Source: Psychromonadaceae bacterium (lineage in GTDB: Bacteria; Pseudomonadota; Gammaproteobacteria; Enterobacterales; CBDFNC01). Taken from it: a stretch of 64,000 bases of DNA. Below the pieces are notes generated by a model that ran no database searches, was not told the origin of the DNA, and saw nothing but the letters and a program-made list of their open reading frames with translations. Position numbers and translations under genes: made by a program. The stretch is taken from contig CBDFNC010000001.1 of NCBI GenBank assembly GCA_965249895.1, positions 1,163,024 to 1,227,023 of the forward strand, written 5' to 3'. Of the stretch, positions 17,966-28,800 are shown piece by piece (the first letter of the stretch is position 1; each line of letters opens with the position of its first letter).

Positions 17966-20797
17966 TTGAAGTTTTCCCGCCAGTGGCTCACCAAACTATT
18001 TGACTCACAAAAACAAACCATAGAAATCACCGCCGTCGGGCTCTCTGTACCTGAAGGGAGTTTTGACTGGTTGGCACTCGATGGGCCGCTTTATTTGGAT
18101 GAGGGGCTTTTTTTTGCTTCGTTGATTTTACAGAGCAAGGGTGAGCAGTATTTTATCTCTTGGTTGTCCAAGACAAGGGCGAAGAATGCGGTAGCCTTAG
18201 CGGGCCGGTATTGGTGCCAGTCTCATTTCAAAAGGGCTGAGCTCGAGTGCGCAAAGCTGGAGGCTGTCTTAAACTCACGATATTTGCGCCGTGGCCAGTG
18301 GCTTGCGATGAAGGCAAGGGCAAAGGCAGAAATCAGTCGCTGGCCTCATGAGATACAAGCCAGTTGGTTAACTGAGCAACAATTAAAAACCATGCAAACC
18401 CTTAACCGGATCGCTGCGTGGAATGAACAGGACCTGGAAAGTCATCAGCAGCAATTTATAACGGCAGAAAAACAGCGGTTTAACTCGTTGTTTTCCGATA
18501 TAGAGTCCAACCCGCTGACGGAGCAACAGCAAGAAGCCTGCATTAGGGATGAAGTGAACAACCTGGTTCTGGCGGGAGCGGGCACAGGTAAAACCAGTAC
18601 TATGGTTGGCCGGGCCGGTTACCTGTTAAAAAGCGCTGATATTGCGCCAGATGAAATCCTGTTATTAGCCTATGGCAATAAAGCCGCAAGGGAGATGGAT
18701 GAGAGGATCAATCATCGTCTGGGTATCGAGGAAATTAAGGCGAGCACTTTTCACTCGCTGGGACTGGAGATCATCAGCCGGGTGGAAGGCGCTAAACCCA
18801 ATTTGAGTCCACTTGCCCAAGATGAGACAGTTAAGCTCAACTGGGTTCAACAGCAGTTTAACGAGCTGCTAAACCAGAGTGATTACAGACAGTTAGCCCT
18901 TACTTACTTTGAGAGGTATCTGTTTCCTGAAAAGAGTGCGTTCGATTTTTCATCGCAAGGTGAGCACTTCAATTACCTCAGGGCTAATGAGGTTCGCTCT
19001 CTAAAAGGCGATGTGGTTAAGAGTTATGGTGAGCTGCTAATCGCCAACTGGCTATTTAAAATGGGCGTAGATTATCAGTACCAGGCGGATTATGAAGTTC
19101 CCATAAAATCGTTGGATTTTAGAAACTATCAAGCGGATTTTTATCTATCTGAGTTTGATATTTATATTGAACACTGGGACACAGACACAGCGGGTAATAC
19201 CGCACCCTTTGTAGATAGGGAAGCCTACTATAAGGGCATGCAGTGGAAACGGGAAACGCACTCGCGAAACCAGACGGTTTTGCTGGAAACCTGCTACGCC
19301 GAGCAGCAGTCAGGACAACTCTTTAGGTCACTTGAAAAGCAACTTAGATCTTCAGGTGTGGTATTTAATCCCATACCCGATGAGGAGATCTTCGTCAGGT
19401 TAAGAGAGTTTGGCGCCGTCGCCAATTTTGCCGGCTTGCTTAGTCAAATGTTGGGTCTGTATAAGGCCGCCTGCCAGGGTGAAAAAACGCTCCAAAACAA
19501 ATTTCAGCAATTGGATAACGCGGTGCAGACCGACGCTGCCATGACTCTGTTTAAACCTGTTTTTGTTCGCTATCAAAATGAACTTAAGCTAACCAATGAA
19601 ATTGACTTTGAAGACATGATAAGCAAGGCGCTGGAATATGTTCAAAGAGGTCTGTTTTTGTCTCGTTGGTCTCATATTATGGTGGATGAGTTCCAGGATA
19701 TCTCCGAGTCGCGGGCACGTCTGATCCGCGCACTACGTGATGCCGTGCCCGGCAGCTCTCTGTTTTGTGTCGGAGACGATTGGCAGGCTATTTATCGTTT
19801 TACCGGTTCGGATGTCAGTCTGACAACAGGCTTTGAGGATTATTTTGGCGTCACAGCAGTGACGAAGTTAGCTAAAACATTCCGTTTTAATAACAGCATT
19901 AGCGATATCGCTACCCGATTTGTCACCCAGAACCCAGCGCAACTGAAAAAGCAACTCACCACACACCTTCAGGTAGACAAACCCGCAGTATCCCTGCTTC
20001 AAAGCGGCGAGCCTAATGCGCTGGATAGTATATTTCAAGCCCTTAGTAAACGAGCTAAGCCAGACGCCAGTGTTTATCTTCTGGCGCGTTACCATTTTTT
20101 GCTGCCTGATCCGGCGCAATTTAAAGTGCTGCAAGACAATCATCCAGGGCTTCAAATAGATAAGCTCAGTTTCCATGCAAGTAAAGGTAAGGAAGCGGAC
20201 TATGTGGTGGTATTGGGTCTGCAATCAGGCAAGCATGGTTTTCCTTCTGAAAAAATGACTAACCCTCTGCTGGAGGCTCTGCTCCCCACTGCGGAGCCAT
20301 TTGCTCACGCCGAAGAACGACGTTTATTTTATGTGGCTCTCACCCGCGCGAAGCACAGGGTTTACCTGCTTTGTAATATGACCACTGCCAGCGCCTTTGT
20401 GACAGAGCTGATCGATGACCATTACCCAATTGAACGAAATGAGTTTGACGTTAATCTGAGCCAAAGGTTGTTTCAGAAAATTAACTGCATTCATTGTAAA
20501 ACGGGGGTGCTTACTCCAAGGGAAGGGAAATTTGGCCGCTTCTTTAGCTGCTCAAATTATCCGCCTTGCCATCATGCGGAGAAAGGTTGCGCCAAATGCC
20601 ATAGCGCGATGATGAGAGAAGGCCGTTACAAAAAGTGCATTAACCCAGAATGTAATCATAAGGTGCCTGTCTGTCCTAAGTGCGGCGCAGAAATGGTACA
20701 GCGCGAAGGACCCTACGGTCCGTTTTGGGGCTGTAAAAACTTCCGAGGCCAGGAAAATCCGAGCTGTGACCATAAAGAAAAGGTGGAGCAGGCGTGA
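17966..20797 (+). CDS. UvrD/Rep/HelD-family SF1 helicase with C-terminal tandem topoisomerase-type C4 zinc ribbons
   Basis: Walker A LAGAGTGKTS, UvrD-type motifs (VDEFQD, YRFTG, GKEADYVVVLGL, YVALTRAK). The C-terminus has CIHCKTG...CSNYPPC and CPKCGAEM...GCKNF...CDH ribbons. An inserted PD-(D/E)xK-like region lies after Walker A. Probable TTG start. Confidence 0.8.
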   Translation: MKFSRQWLTKLFDSQKQTIEITAVGLSVPEGSFDWLALDGPLYLDEGLFFASLILQSKGEQYFISWLSKTRAKNAVALAGRYWCQSHFKRAELECAKLEAVLNSRYLRRGQWLAMKARAKAEISRWPHEIQASWLTEQQLKTMQTLNRIAAWNEQDLESHQQQFITAEKQRFNSLFSDIESNPLTEQQQEACIRDEVNNLVLAGAGTGKTSTMVGRAGYLLKSADIAPDEILLLAYGNKAAREMDERINHRLGIEEIKASTFHSLGLEIISRVEGAKPNLSPLAQDETVKLNWVQQQFNELLNQSDYRQLALTYFERYLFPEKSAFDFSSQGEHFNYLRANEVRSLKGDVVKSYGELLIANWLFKMGVDYQYQADYEVPIKSLDFRNYQADFYLSEFDIYIEHWDTDTAGNTAPFVDREAYYKGMQWKRETHSRNQTVLLETCYAEQQSGQLFRSLEKQLRSSGVVFNPIPDEEIFVRLREFGAVANFAGLLSQMLGLYKAACQGEKTLQNKFQQLDNAVQTDAAMTLFKPVFVRYQNELKLTNEIDFEDMISKALEYVQRGLFLSRWSHIMVDEFQDISESRARLIRALRDAVPGSSLFCVGDDWQAIYRFTGSDVSLTTGFEDYFGVTAVTKLAKTFRFNNSISDIATRFVTQNPAQLKKQLTTHLQVDKPAVSLLQSGEPNALDSIFQALSKRAKPDASVYLLARYHFLLPDPAQFKVLQDNHPGLQIDKLSFHASKGKEADYVVVLGLQSGKHGFPSEKMTNPLLEALLPTAEPFAHAEERRLFYVALTRAKHRVYLLCNMTTASAFVTELIDDHYPIERNEFDVNLSQRLFQKINCIHCKTGVLTPREGKFGRFFSCSNYPPCHHAEKGCAKCHSAMMREGRYKKCINPECNHKVPVCPKCGAEMVQREGPYGPFWGCKNFRGQENPSCDHKEKVEQA

Positions 20798-20929
20798 TGC
20801 CGGAGGAACTCAGGTCATAACTTGTGCCAGGACGGGTTTCGGAACCACAACATATGCTAATAGAAGGGTTAGCTGGTCTTTAAATTCATTATTTTTAAAG
20901 GGTTGAAAATTTTAGTAACAGGCTACGCT

Positions 20930-21460
20930 GGACGAACTATAGATATCGAGCCGATGAAATCCTATTGAACAAAGCGCTGGATAATGTTGATGTGCTTGTA
21001 CATACGGCAGCATTGCATGCTCCTCATGTAGGCTTAGTACCAGATAGCGAATTTGAAGATATAAATATATGAGTGACAGAAAAGCTTGCGTTACTTGGGA
21101 TAAAAAAGGGGAGCAAACAACTGGTATTCACGAGCACAACCGCATTTAAGTTGTTTTCCTGGAGCAACCATTCTAATGGCGGTCTATCGTTTGACTCGTG
21201 ATATTGATGTCCGTGATGTAGCAAGTGCCCATAGTTCAGCAAAAGACAAGCGTCTACCTGGTTTCAGACGTTTTATAGCTTCTGGAACTACGCTTTTTAA
21301 CCGACACCAATGTGTGCAGCTGTATACCTGTGCCGATGATGTTATAAGAGAATGCGCTGCTAACCTTGCGCAAGATTTTATTGCCAGAAGTTGGTATTTA
21401 CCTCAAAGCCTTGACCGTGTTTATGATTCAACATTGGCGCAACAAGAGCTAGGTTAGCGT
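20930..21460 (+). pseudogene. remnant of an NAD-dependent epimerase/dehydratase gene, frameshifted
   Basis: Fragments KALDNVDVLVHTAALHAPHVG and ...TSTTAFK / VRDVASAHS lie in different frames and are interrupted by stops. Only a 93-aa ORF (21176..21457) survives. Confidence 0.35.
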
Positions 21461-21476
21461 ATTTAATTGCGAGGAA

Positions 21477-21941
21477 ATGATGGACGATAGATCAAAGGAA
21501 TATTTAGAAGCTTACCTCAATTCACTTGCACCAGAGGCATCTCAGAAATATAACTCGTTTAGTTCTGATTATTTTTGTGCAGATGAAATTAATGCAAATG
21601 TATGCGCGGAGCTGATCTTAAAAGGGCACAAAACCGCCTCGTGTAGCATGGAGTATTGGTACAGTCATGAAAATGAGCCGAAGCCGAAAATAGGGCATCT
21701 TCAAGTGGTCACTAATTGGTCAGGTGAGCCAGTTTGTATTATTGAGATTACATCAGTTTCAACCTGTAAATATCGGGATGTCACAGCAGCGTTTGCTGAA
21801 GCGGAAGGTGAGGGTGATAAAACGTTAAAGTGGTGGCGAAAAGCTCATTGGGAGTTCTTCTCTCTGGAGTGTAAGGAGCAAGGTATTGAACCAAAACAAG
21901 ATATGCCGTTGGTTCTAGAGCACTTTAAGGTTGTCTGTTAA
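21477..21941 (+). CDS. ASCH domain protein
   Basis: PUA-like ASCH signature around NANVCAELILKGHKTASCS. 154 aa. Confidence 0.65.
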   Translation: MMDDRSKEYLEAYLNSLAPEASQKYNSFSSDYFCADEINANVCAELILKGHKTASCSMEYWYSHENEPKPKIGHLQVVTNWSGEPVCIIEITSVSTCKYRDVTAAFAEAEGEGDKTLKWWRKAHWEFFSLECKEQGIEPKQDMPLVLEHFKVVC

Positions 21942-22102
21942 GTAGCTGGGATCGCTACTATGACCTGCCCACTTCATCCGAGAATTTAAACGTCTATCAG
22001 GGGTTGCGCCAACAGAATTAAAGAATCTGTCCGTTTTGTACAATAGGTTGTCAAGCGAATTGCTGATACTGACTCCCACTGGTCAAATAATCGTGAGAGT
22101 AA

Positions 22103-22507
22103 ATGTATATGATAGAAATTCAAGCCATGTTCCCTGTTATGGTGACGTCAGATCTTGCTGCCGTTAAAGAGTTTTATGAGTCGGTTTTTGGATTTAATGC
22201 TGTCTTTTATGATCCCGAGTTCTACCTGCACCTGGTATCACCCAACACAGGTGTCCAACTCGCTTTTTTGTTACCCGGACACGAGACTCAACCGGCATTT
22301 CTTCACCCGGCTATGTCTGCCAATGGTTATGTTATTTCATTGGAAGTAAATGATGCGGCTAAGGCATATGCAGAAGCAAAAAACCTTGGTCTTAATATTG
22401 CCATGGTTTTAAAAGAAGAAGTTTGGGGACAAATTCACTTTATGCTACAGGACCCAGCAGGCTTCCGGATTGACGTCGTAGAGCACGTGGAAGCCACTGG
22501 CAGTTAA
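22103..22507 (+). CDS. VOC family protein (glyoxalase/bleomycin-resistance fold)
   Basis: Paired beta-alpha-beta-beta-beta modules, VTSDLAAVKEFYESVFGF. 134 aa. Confidence 0.7.
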   Translation: MYMIEIQAMFPVMVTSDLAAVKEFYESVFGFNAVFYDPEFYLHLVSPNTGVQLAFLLPGHETQPAFLHPAMSANGYVISLEVNDAAKAYAEAKNLGLNIAMVLKEEVWGQIHFMLQDPAGFRIDVVEHVEATGS

Positions 22508-22563
22508 TCAACAAATAAGCATAGGTCGCGCGAAGGCGCGACTTAATCATCTAGGCCCAAATG

Positions 22564-23037
22564 CTAGAGCAATAAATCCTCTTCAATGCGATGGTAGATG
22601 CTGGCGGCGTTGATCAGTGAGTTGGCGGTGAGAGCCGGTACACCGTATACCTCAGCGCTAACGGCATACTTGGTCTTAATTTTTTCCAGTAAAAGATCGA
22701 AGTCGCCGTCTCCCGATAATAAGATCACCGTATCTACATCCGTGGCGGCTTCCATCACATCGATGGCAATGCCCACATCCCAGTCCCCTTTGGCGCTGCC
22801 GTCACTGCGTTGAATGTAAGGTTTAAGTTTCACGTCGAAACCAATGTGCTTCAGAGCACTTTGAAACTTAAGCTGTTTGTCGTCACCGCGATGAATGGCA
22901 TAAGCTGTTGCTGAAACTATGTCCCCTTCGGAGCTGATCATCTGCCAGAGTTTGCGGTAGTTAAACTGTTGGCCGTATGCCTGGCGAGTAGTGTAATAAA
23001 TATTTTGTACATCGACGAAAACCGCAATTTTTTTCAC
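22564..23037 (-). CDS. NYN domain (LabA/DUF88-like) protein
   Basis: IAVFVDVQNIYY ... VILLSGDGDF, typical of NYN/LabA ribonuclease-like proteins. Confidence 0.75.
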   Translation of the reverse strand: MKKIAVFVDVQNIYYTTRQAYGQQFNYRKLWQMISSEGDIVSATAYAIHRGDDKQLKFQSALKHIGFDVKLKPYIQRSDGSAKGDWDVGIAIDVMEAATDVDTVILLSGDGDFDLLLEKIKTKYAVSAEVYGVPALTANSLINAASIYHRIEEDLLL

Positions 23038-23300
23038 GCTAGGTCCTATATGTATCTTTCTATCCGGAAGCTAAGCAGACACTACACTAGCCAGTGGTCT
23101 GTGTGAAGTTTGTATGTTAATCATTGGCTTATCCTTGAGAAGGGAGGTACTTCAGCGGAAAGGTCGTTTTTTATACAAAATATCTATTTTTAGATGTGCT
23201 GCTGTTGTTTAATTTATGACATAATGCGCGCCTAATTTATCCAGCCTCGCAAATAACCATAGTGTTTAGTGGGGTTTAGCTCTCAAATCGGAATAAAACA

Positions 23301-24887
23301 TTGCTTACAACTGCGAATATCACCATGCAATTTGGCGCCAAGCCATTATTTGAAAACGTCTCAGTAAAGTTTGGCGACGGTAACCGTTATGGTCTAATCG
23401 GCGCCAATGGCTGTGGTAAATCTACCTTTATGAAGATCTTAGGTGGCGACCTGGAGCCGAGTGCCGGTAATGTCTCCAAAGATCCTAACGAGCGTATTGG
23501 TAAGTTGAAACAGGATCAGTTTGCCTATGAACAATACAGTGTTATCGACACTGTGGTCATGGGGCACAATGAACTGTGGGCAGTGAAGTCAGAGCGTGAT
23601 GCAATTTATGCGAAGGCTGACATGACCGATGAAGACGGTATTCGTGCCGGTGACTTAGAAGCTGAGTTTGCCGAGATGGATGGTTATACAGCCGAATCAC
23701 GAGCGGGCGAATTGCTGCTGGGTGTTGGCATTCCGGTTGAACAACATTATGGCCCCATGAGTGAAGTGGCACCCGGTTGGAAACTACGTGTGTTGCTGGC
23801 CCAGGCTTTGTTCTCTGAGCCAGACATCATGTTACTCGACGAACCGACCAACAACCTGGATATCAGTACCATCCGTTGGCTGGAAGATGTGTTAAAAGAA
23901 CGCAACTGCACCATGATCATCATCTCTCACGATCGCCATTTCCTAAACAGTGTGTGCACTCACATGGCTGATCTGGATTACGGTGAATTACGTTTGTTCT
24001 CTGGTAACTACGATGAGTATATGACTGCGGCGACCCAGGCCCGCGAGCGTTTGTTGTCCGATAACGCCAAGAAAAAGGCGCAGATTTCCGAATTGAAATC
24101 CTTTGTCAGCCGTTTCTCTGCCAACGCATCAAAGTCAAAGCAGGCGACCTCTCGCGCCAAGCAGATCGATAAGATCCAACTGGACGAAGTGAAGCCATCG
24201 AGCCGTCAGAATCCGTTTATTCGTTTTGACCAACAGAAAAAGCTGCATCGTCTGGCGCTTGAAGTCACGGGTCTGGGTAAAAGCTATGACGAAGAGCTCT
24301 TTTCCGGCCTGGACCTGATGGTGGAAGTGGGTGAGCGTATTGCCATCATAGGGCCTAACGGAATAGGTAAAACAACCTTATTGAAGTGTCTGGTTGGGGA
24401 TACGGAACTAACCGCGGGTAACGTTAAGTGGTCTGAAAATGCAGACATTGGTTATTATGCTCAGGATCACGCCGCAGACTTCGAACAAGATCAACTTTTG
24501 TTTGACTGGATGAGCCAGTGGAAAAATGAAGGTGATGACGAACAGGCTATTCGCAGTATCTTGGGTCGCTTACTGTTTTCACAAGATGATATTAAAAAGT
24601 CAGTTAAGGTGATCTCGGGTGGTGAGCAAGGTCGTATGTTGTTTGGTAAGCTGATCATGCAAGGCCCAAACATCATGCTGATGGATGAACCCACCAACCA
24701 CCTGGATATGGAGTCCATTGAATCTCTTAACCTGGCGCTGGAAAACTACCCGGGCACCTTAATATTTGTCAGTCATGACCGGGAGTTTGTATCTTCTCTG
24801 GCGACCCGTATTATCGAGATGACACCAAGCGGTATCGTTGATTTCCGCGGTAGCTACGACGAGTACCTGCGTAGCCAGGGCGTGTAG
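23301..24887 (+). CDS. ybiT: ABC-F family ATPase YbiT
   Basis: Two ABC cassettes. The N-terminus [53 protein letters not shown] is near-identical to E. coli YbiT (recalled from memory). Probable TTG start. Confidence 0.9.
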   Translation: MLTTANITMQFGAKPLFENVSVKFGDGNRYGLIGANGCGKSTFMKILGGDLEPSAGNVSKDPNERIGKLKQDQFAYEQYSVIDTVVMGHNELWAVKSERDAIYAKADMTDEDGIRAGDLEAEFAEMDGYTAESRAGELLLGVGIPVEQHYGPMSEVAPGWKLRVLLAQALFSEPDIMLLDEPTNNLDISTIRWLEDVLKERNCTMIIISHDRHFLNSVCTHMADLDYGELRLFSGNYDEYMTAATQARERLLSDNAKKKAQISELKSFVSRFSANASKSKQATSRAKQIDKIQLDEVKPSSRQNPFIRFDQQKKLHRLALEVTGLGKSYDEELFSGLDLMVEVGERIAIIGPNGIGKTTLLKCLVGDTELTAGNVKWSENADIGYYAQDHAADFEQDQLLFDWMSQWKNEGDDEQAIRSILGRLLFSQDDIKKSVKVISGGEQGRMLFGKLIMQGPNIMLMDEPTNHLDMESIESLNLALENYPGTLIFVSHDREFVSSLATRIIEMTPSGIVDFRGSYDEYLRSQGV

Positions 24888-24918
24888 TTACACTAACCTG
24901 TGATATAAGACCTTAAAA

Positions 24919-24945
24919 ATACCCGCCTTGAGCGGGTATTTTTTC
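24919..24945 (+). terminator. rho-independent terminator of ybiT
   Basis: atacccgc-cttga-gcgggtat hairpin followed by a T-run. Confidence 0.75.
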
Positions 24946-25144
24946 GTTTTTTCATTGAGCTGGTTCGCATAAATAAAGCCAGATCATAAATTCATGATGA
25001 TAGCTTACCACTTGGGTGGATATTAATTACCGTCCAATACCGCTTCATGGAGAGTTCAGTATAAGGTTTTGTTACCCTCTCACCCCATGTGGCTGGCTCA
25101 TTAGAATAAAACAAGAAAGCCAATCCAGCTAAGTTAGTCTGAAT

Positions 25145-25831
25145 CTATCTCAAGCAGCTCCACAGGCGCTCAAACTCTCGACTGAACTTTCCAAGCAAAT
25201 CTTTGTTGTCGGTCACCAGGATATTTTCCTGGTTATATTTGCTGGCGCTGCGGGTCCAGTTAAACGAGCCGTTAAGCAGTTGTTTACCATCGAAGATTGC
25301 AAACTTGTGGTGCATATGGGCATCGGTTCTGTCCACCACAACCGGCACCCCTTTTTCAGTCAGAGCATATACGTCTGAGCCTTTGTCATTACGTTTATCA
25401 TTGTCGCTGATAATACGTACATTCACTCCACGCTGGTGGGCGCTGAACAAGGCGTCGGATAGCTGGTTATCGGAAATGGTAAATACGCACACGTCGATGC
25501 TGTTATGGGCGTTATTACACAGGCTGAGGATCCGTTGCTGGCAATCAGTGCCCGGACTAAAGCAGGCGTCAGCATCCACGCTTTCGGTAGCCGAGTTTTT
25601 ATCCAGGGTTTTAACCAGGTTTTCCAGCCACTTGATGGCGCGAAACTGCTCTTCGCTAAAGTCTCCCTGCTCCAGCAAGAGTGAAAAGGCCCGGTTGCGG
25701 ACAAAACTTATCTTATCTCTCTGGCCACTTAAGTTTTGGCCAAGCTCTGCTACCGCGACTTTTTCATCCTGAGATAGTTTCCTGTCTTCAAAGCTGCGAA
25801 TTAGCAGCTGCTCTATATCACTCTGTTGCAT
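25145..25831 (-). CDS. PLD-family (single HKD motif) nuclease-like protein
   Basis: HKD motif HMHHKFAIFDGKQLLNGSFNWTRSA (HxK...D...GSxN). 228 aa. Overlaps the stop of the upstream 1670-aa gene by 14 nt. Confidence 0.8.
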   Translation of the reverse strand: MQQSDIEQLLIRSFEDRKLSQDEKVAVAELGQNLSGQRDKISFVRNRAFSLLLEQGDFSEEQFRAIKWLENLVKTLDKNSATESVDADACFSPGTDCQQRILSLCNNAHNSIDVCVFTISDNQLSDALFSAHQRGVNVRIISDNDKRNDKGSDVYALTEKGVPVVVDRTDAHMHHKFAIFDGKQLLNGSFNWTRSASKYNQENILVTDNKDLLGKFSREFERLWSCLR

Positions 25832-28800
25832 CGGACTGCTCCTTGTTCAACGATATGCTCAACGATGACTTGCTCTTGCTGCCAGCGCGCTTAAATCTAT
25901 ATCTGGTTTGGCCCAGGGTATCGTTTATTTCCACCAGGTTAGCGTTAACATCCAGCAGCTGACTCACGGCTTTTAAGGTGACATCACCATCACCTCCCAG
26001 GGTATTGTGTTTAACAAAATCTGCCTTGATTTGCTGCCAGCGTTCGCTTTCCTGCTCTGTTTTATTGCCGCGAATTTCCGCCAGCTTTAACAGGTTTTCT
26101 TCGGCGTTGGCCCCCAGCATCTGAGCTTCTCCCAAATAATGGTCCGCAATCAGCTGCATCAACTCCTCCTGGTTCATCACAGAGGAGACTTTTTCCGCCA
26201 TCTTGTTCATATTGCGATAGCTACCCTGGAGCTTAAAGGGGGGCTCGGTGCGATATTTATCCGCCTGAGCGGCGGAGGCTATGTAGGCCAGGTTAACGCC
26301 AAGCACCACACTTTGGATCTCCAGCAATTTCTGTAATACACCTGTGACTTCGTTGAGCTCGGCTGCGCTGTAGCCATATTCCATTTCACTGGAGTCCACC
26401 TGGCCACCTTTGGCGATATCCACCAGTTTGTAGAAGTCGTCCTGTGAGCGAGTGGCCAGGGGGGCCAGCACCGCATTGGAAGTCATGGCGTTTTCCAGGT
26501 AGCTAAGGGCAAAGGCTTCATCCATACCCCCTAAGATATCCCCCAGGTTATATATATCGGCGCGGTTGGCGAGCATATCGGGGATCTGAAATGATTCCCC
26601 GGATTCCGTATAGGGGTTACCTGCCATTACCACGCAGAACTTTTTACCCCGCAAATCATAGGTCTTGGGTTGGCCCTGCCAGATCCCCTCGATACGACGG
26701 GTGCCGTCACACAGGGAGATGAACTTTTGTAAAAACTCAGGGTTGGTGTGCTGAATGTCATCCAGGTAGAGCATGACATTGTTGCTCATTTCCAGTCCCA
26801 GATTTAACTTGATAAGCTCCGAGCGGGCGGTGGCATTTGGCGCCTGCTCGGGATCCAGTGAGTCTACTTCGTGACCTATGGAGGGGCAGTTTATTTTCAT
26901 AAAAATCAGCCCCAGGCGACTGGCCACATATTCCATCAGAGTGGTTTTACCGTACCCGGGAGGTGAGATCATCATCAACAAACCCATCAAATCGGTGCGT
27001 TTGCTGTCGCCTACCGTGCCCATTTGTTTTGCCAGGTTGTCCCCTATCAGTGGCAAATAAGCGTCGTTGATCAACTTGTTACGCACAAAAGAGGAGAGGG
27101 GACGGGCCTTAAACTCTTCCAGTCTTAGTCCTGCTTTTTGCCTGCTAGTGACATCATGGCGTACCTGCAAGAAGCGTCGGTAATCTGGCAATACTTGCTG
27201 CTGGTGGCTTTCAAGGCGAAGCAAAAATTCGTCCAGGGACAGGGTCATGCTGCGGTCGTGGATCCGCTGATGGCTGCCCATCAGGCCGTTTACCTTCACT
27301 TCCAGCTCTACATCACATACCCGCCTGCTCAGTCTGCCCTCGCCGTTTATCAACGAAATAGCTTCGGGGATATAAGTGGTTAGCTGCTCCAGTTGTTGGT
27401 GGCTAGCGAGGGCCGACAGCCAGGCCTGGGTCAGGGACCAGCGGGCGCCGATTTGTCCCTTCAGTTTTTCCAGGGTGGCTTGATAGGAGTTCCAGGACTC
27501 CATATCCATCGCCCGTTTCAGCTCCTGGGCCAGCCGATCTGCGTATTTACTGGTGGAGAATACTATTGGGTCTTTGGCAAGCTCCAATACCAGGTAACTG
27601 GCCGCCAGCTTCACCTCTGTCTCGCTCAGGGGAAGTTCAAACTGCTCAACGAACTCGCTAAGGGCCGTGGTTATTTCATTCTCCAGCAATAACCTGGCGT
27701 TGCTGGAATTAAACAGGGCTTGCATGCGTAGTGCCGACTTAGCCCTTTCAATCCAGCTTTGCTGTTTAGGGGCTTGCTGACGGTTGGCCCAGTAAATGGC
27801 GGCAAATCCCCGGCACAAGGGCGGGAATTTCAGCACATCGGCGCTTCCCAGGGTGGGGAGCAGCTTTTTCAGGATAAGGGTTGCGTCGAAGTCGTGAATG
27901 CCGCGCTCATAACCTTCCTTATATCGGGGGGATGCGAAGTTTTTCACCAGTTCGTCGAGGGCCTGTTCATCACTGGCTGCCAGACGTAAAACCTCCATGG
28001 TTAAATCCTGCTCACCGGCTTGCGCCGCATCCAGGATCTGTTTCACCAGATATTCCGCGCGATATACGGTTTCTGTTTCCGACTCTATGGTTTGTTGCCA
28101 GTAAGGTTTTAGCTGGTTTAGTGCGGGATCTGTAGCGACTTCAAAAAAATCGGTGCCGGTTAAGTGGAACATCAGTTTATCCTGGCGGGGCAGCAGGGTT
28201 AGATCCAGTTCCTGGGTGTTGACGTTAAACCTGTGCCTGGGGCCCAGCTTAATGACATTACCACCTTCCTCGAAAATTTCGCTCTTATCCCGCAAGGCGC
28301 GCACGGCCTGATCTTTACTGGATTTAAGCCGGGCCTCGATATCGTCGGCCTTGACGCTGTCATCCAGCGCCATCAGTTGCTTGATTAAGTCGTGGAGTTT
28401 AAGCACCAGGGCGTCAGAGGCATAAAAGGTGTTAAGCTCATCCGCCTGGTTAAACCTCTGTACTCTGCGGCCAATACTCGACAGGATACGATCTGCGGCA
28501 TCTTTTAATGTACCGGCTTTACGCTGGCGTGCCTCCACCATACGCTGGCGATGGGTCTCAAAGGTTTCCACCACCTCTTCACGCTTGCCGAGAATATCGC
28601 TAAGGAACTGCTCCTGGTCGCTGAACTGGCTTTCCAGCTCTTCCAGTTGCACCAGCAGACGAGACAATTGATCATCGCTTTTTTCGGGTGTGGTGGCCAG
28701 GCCCAAGGCATTGGTGATGCTTTGGCTGAATAATTTAAACTGGGCAGAAAATTGTGCCAGTGCTTCCTTGCTGCCCAGGGATTGCTGCTTATGTTTAGCG

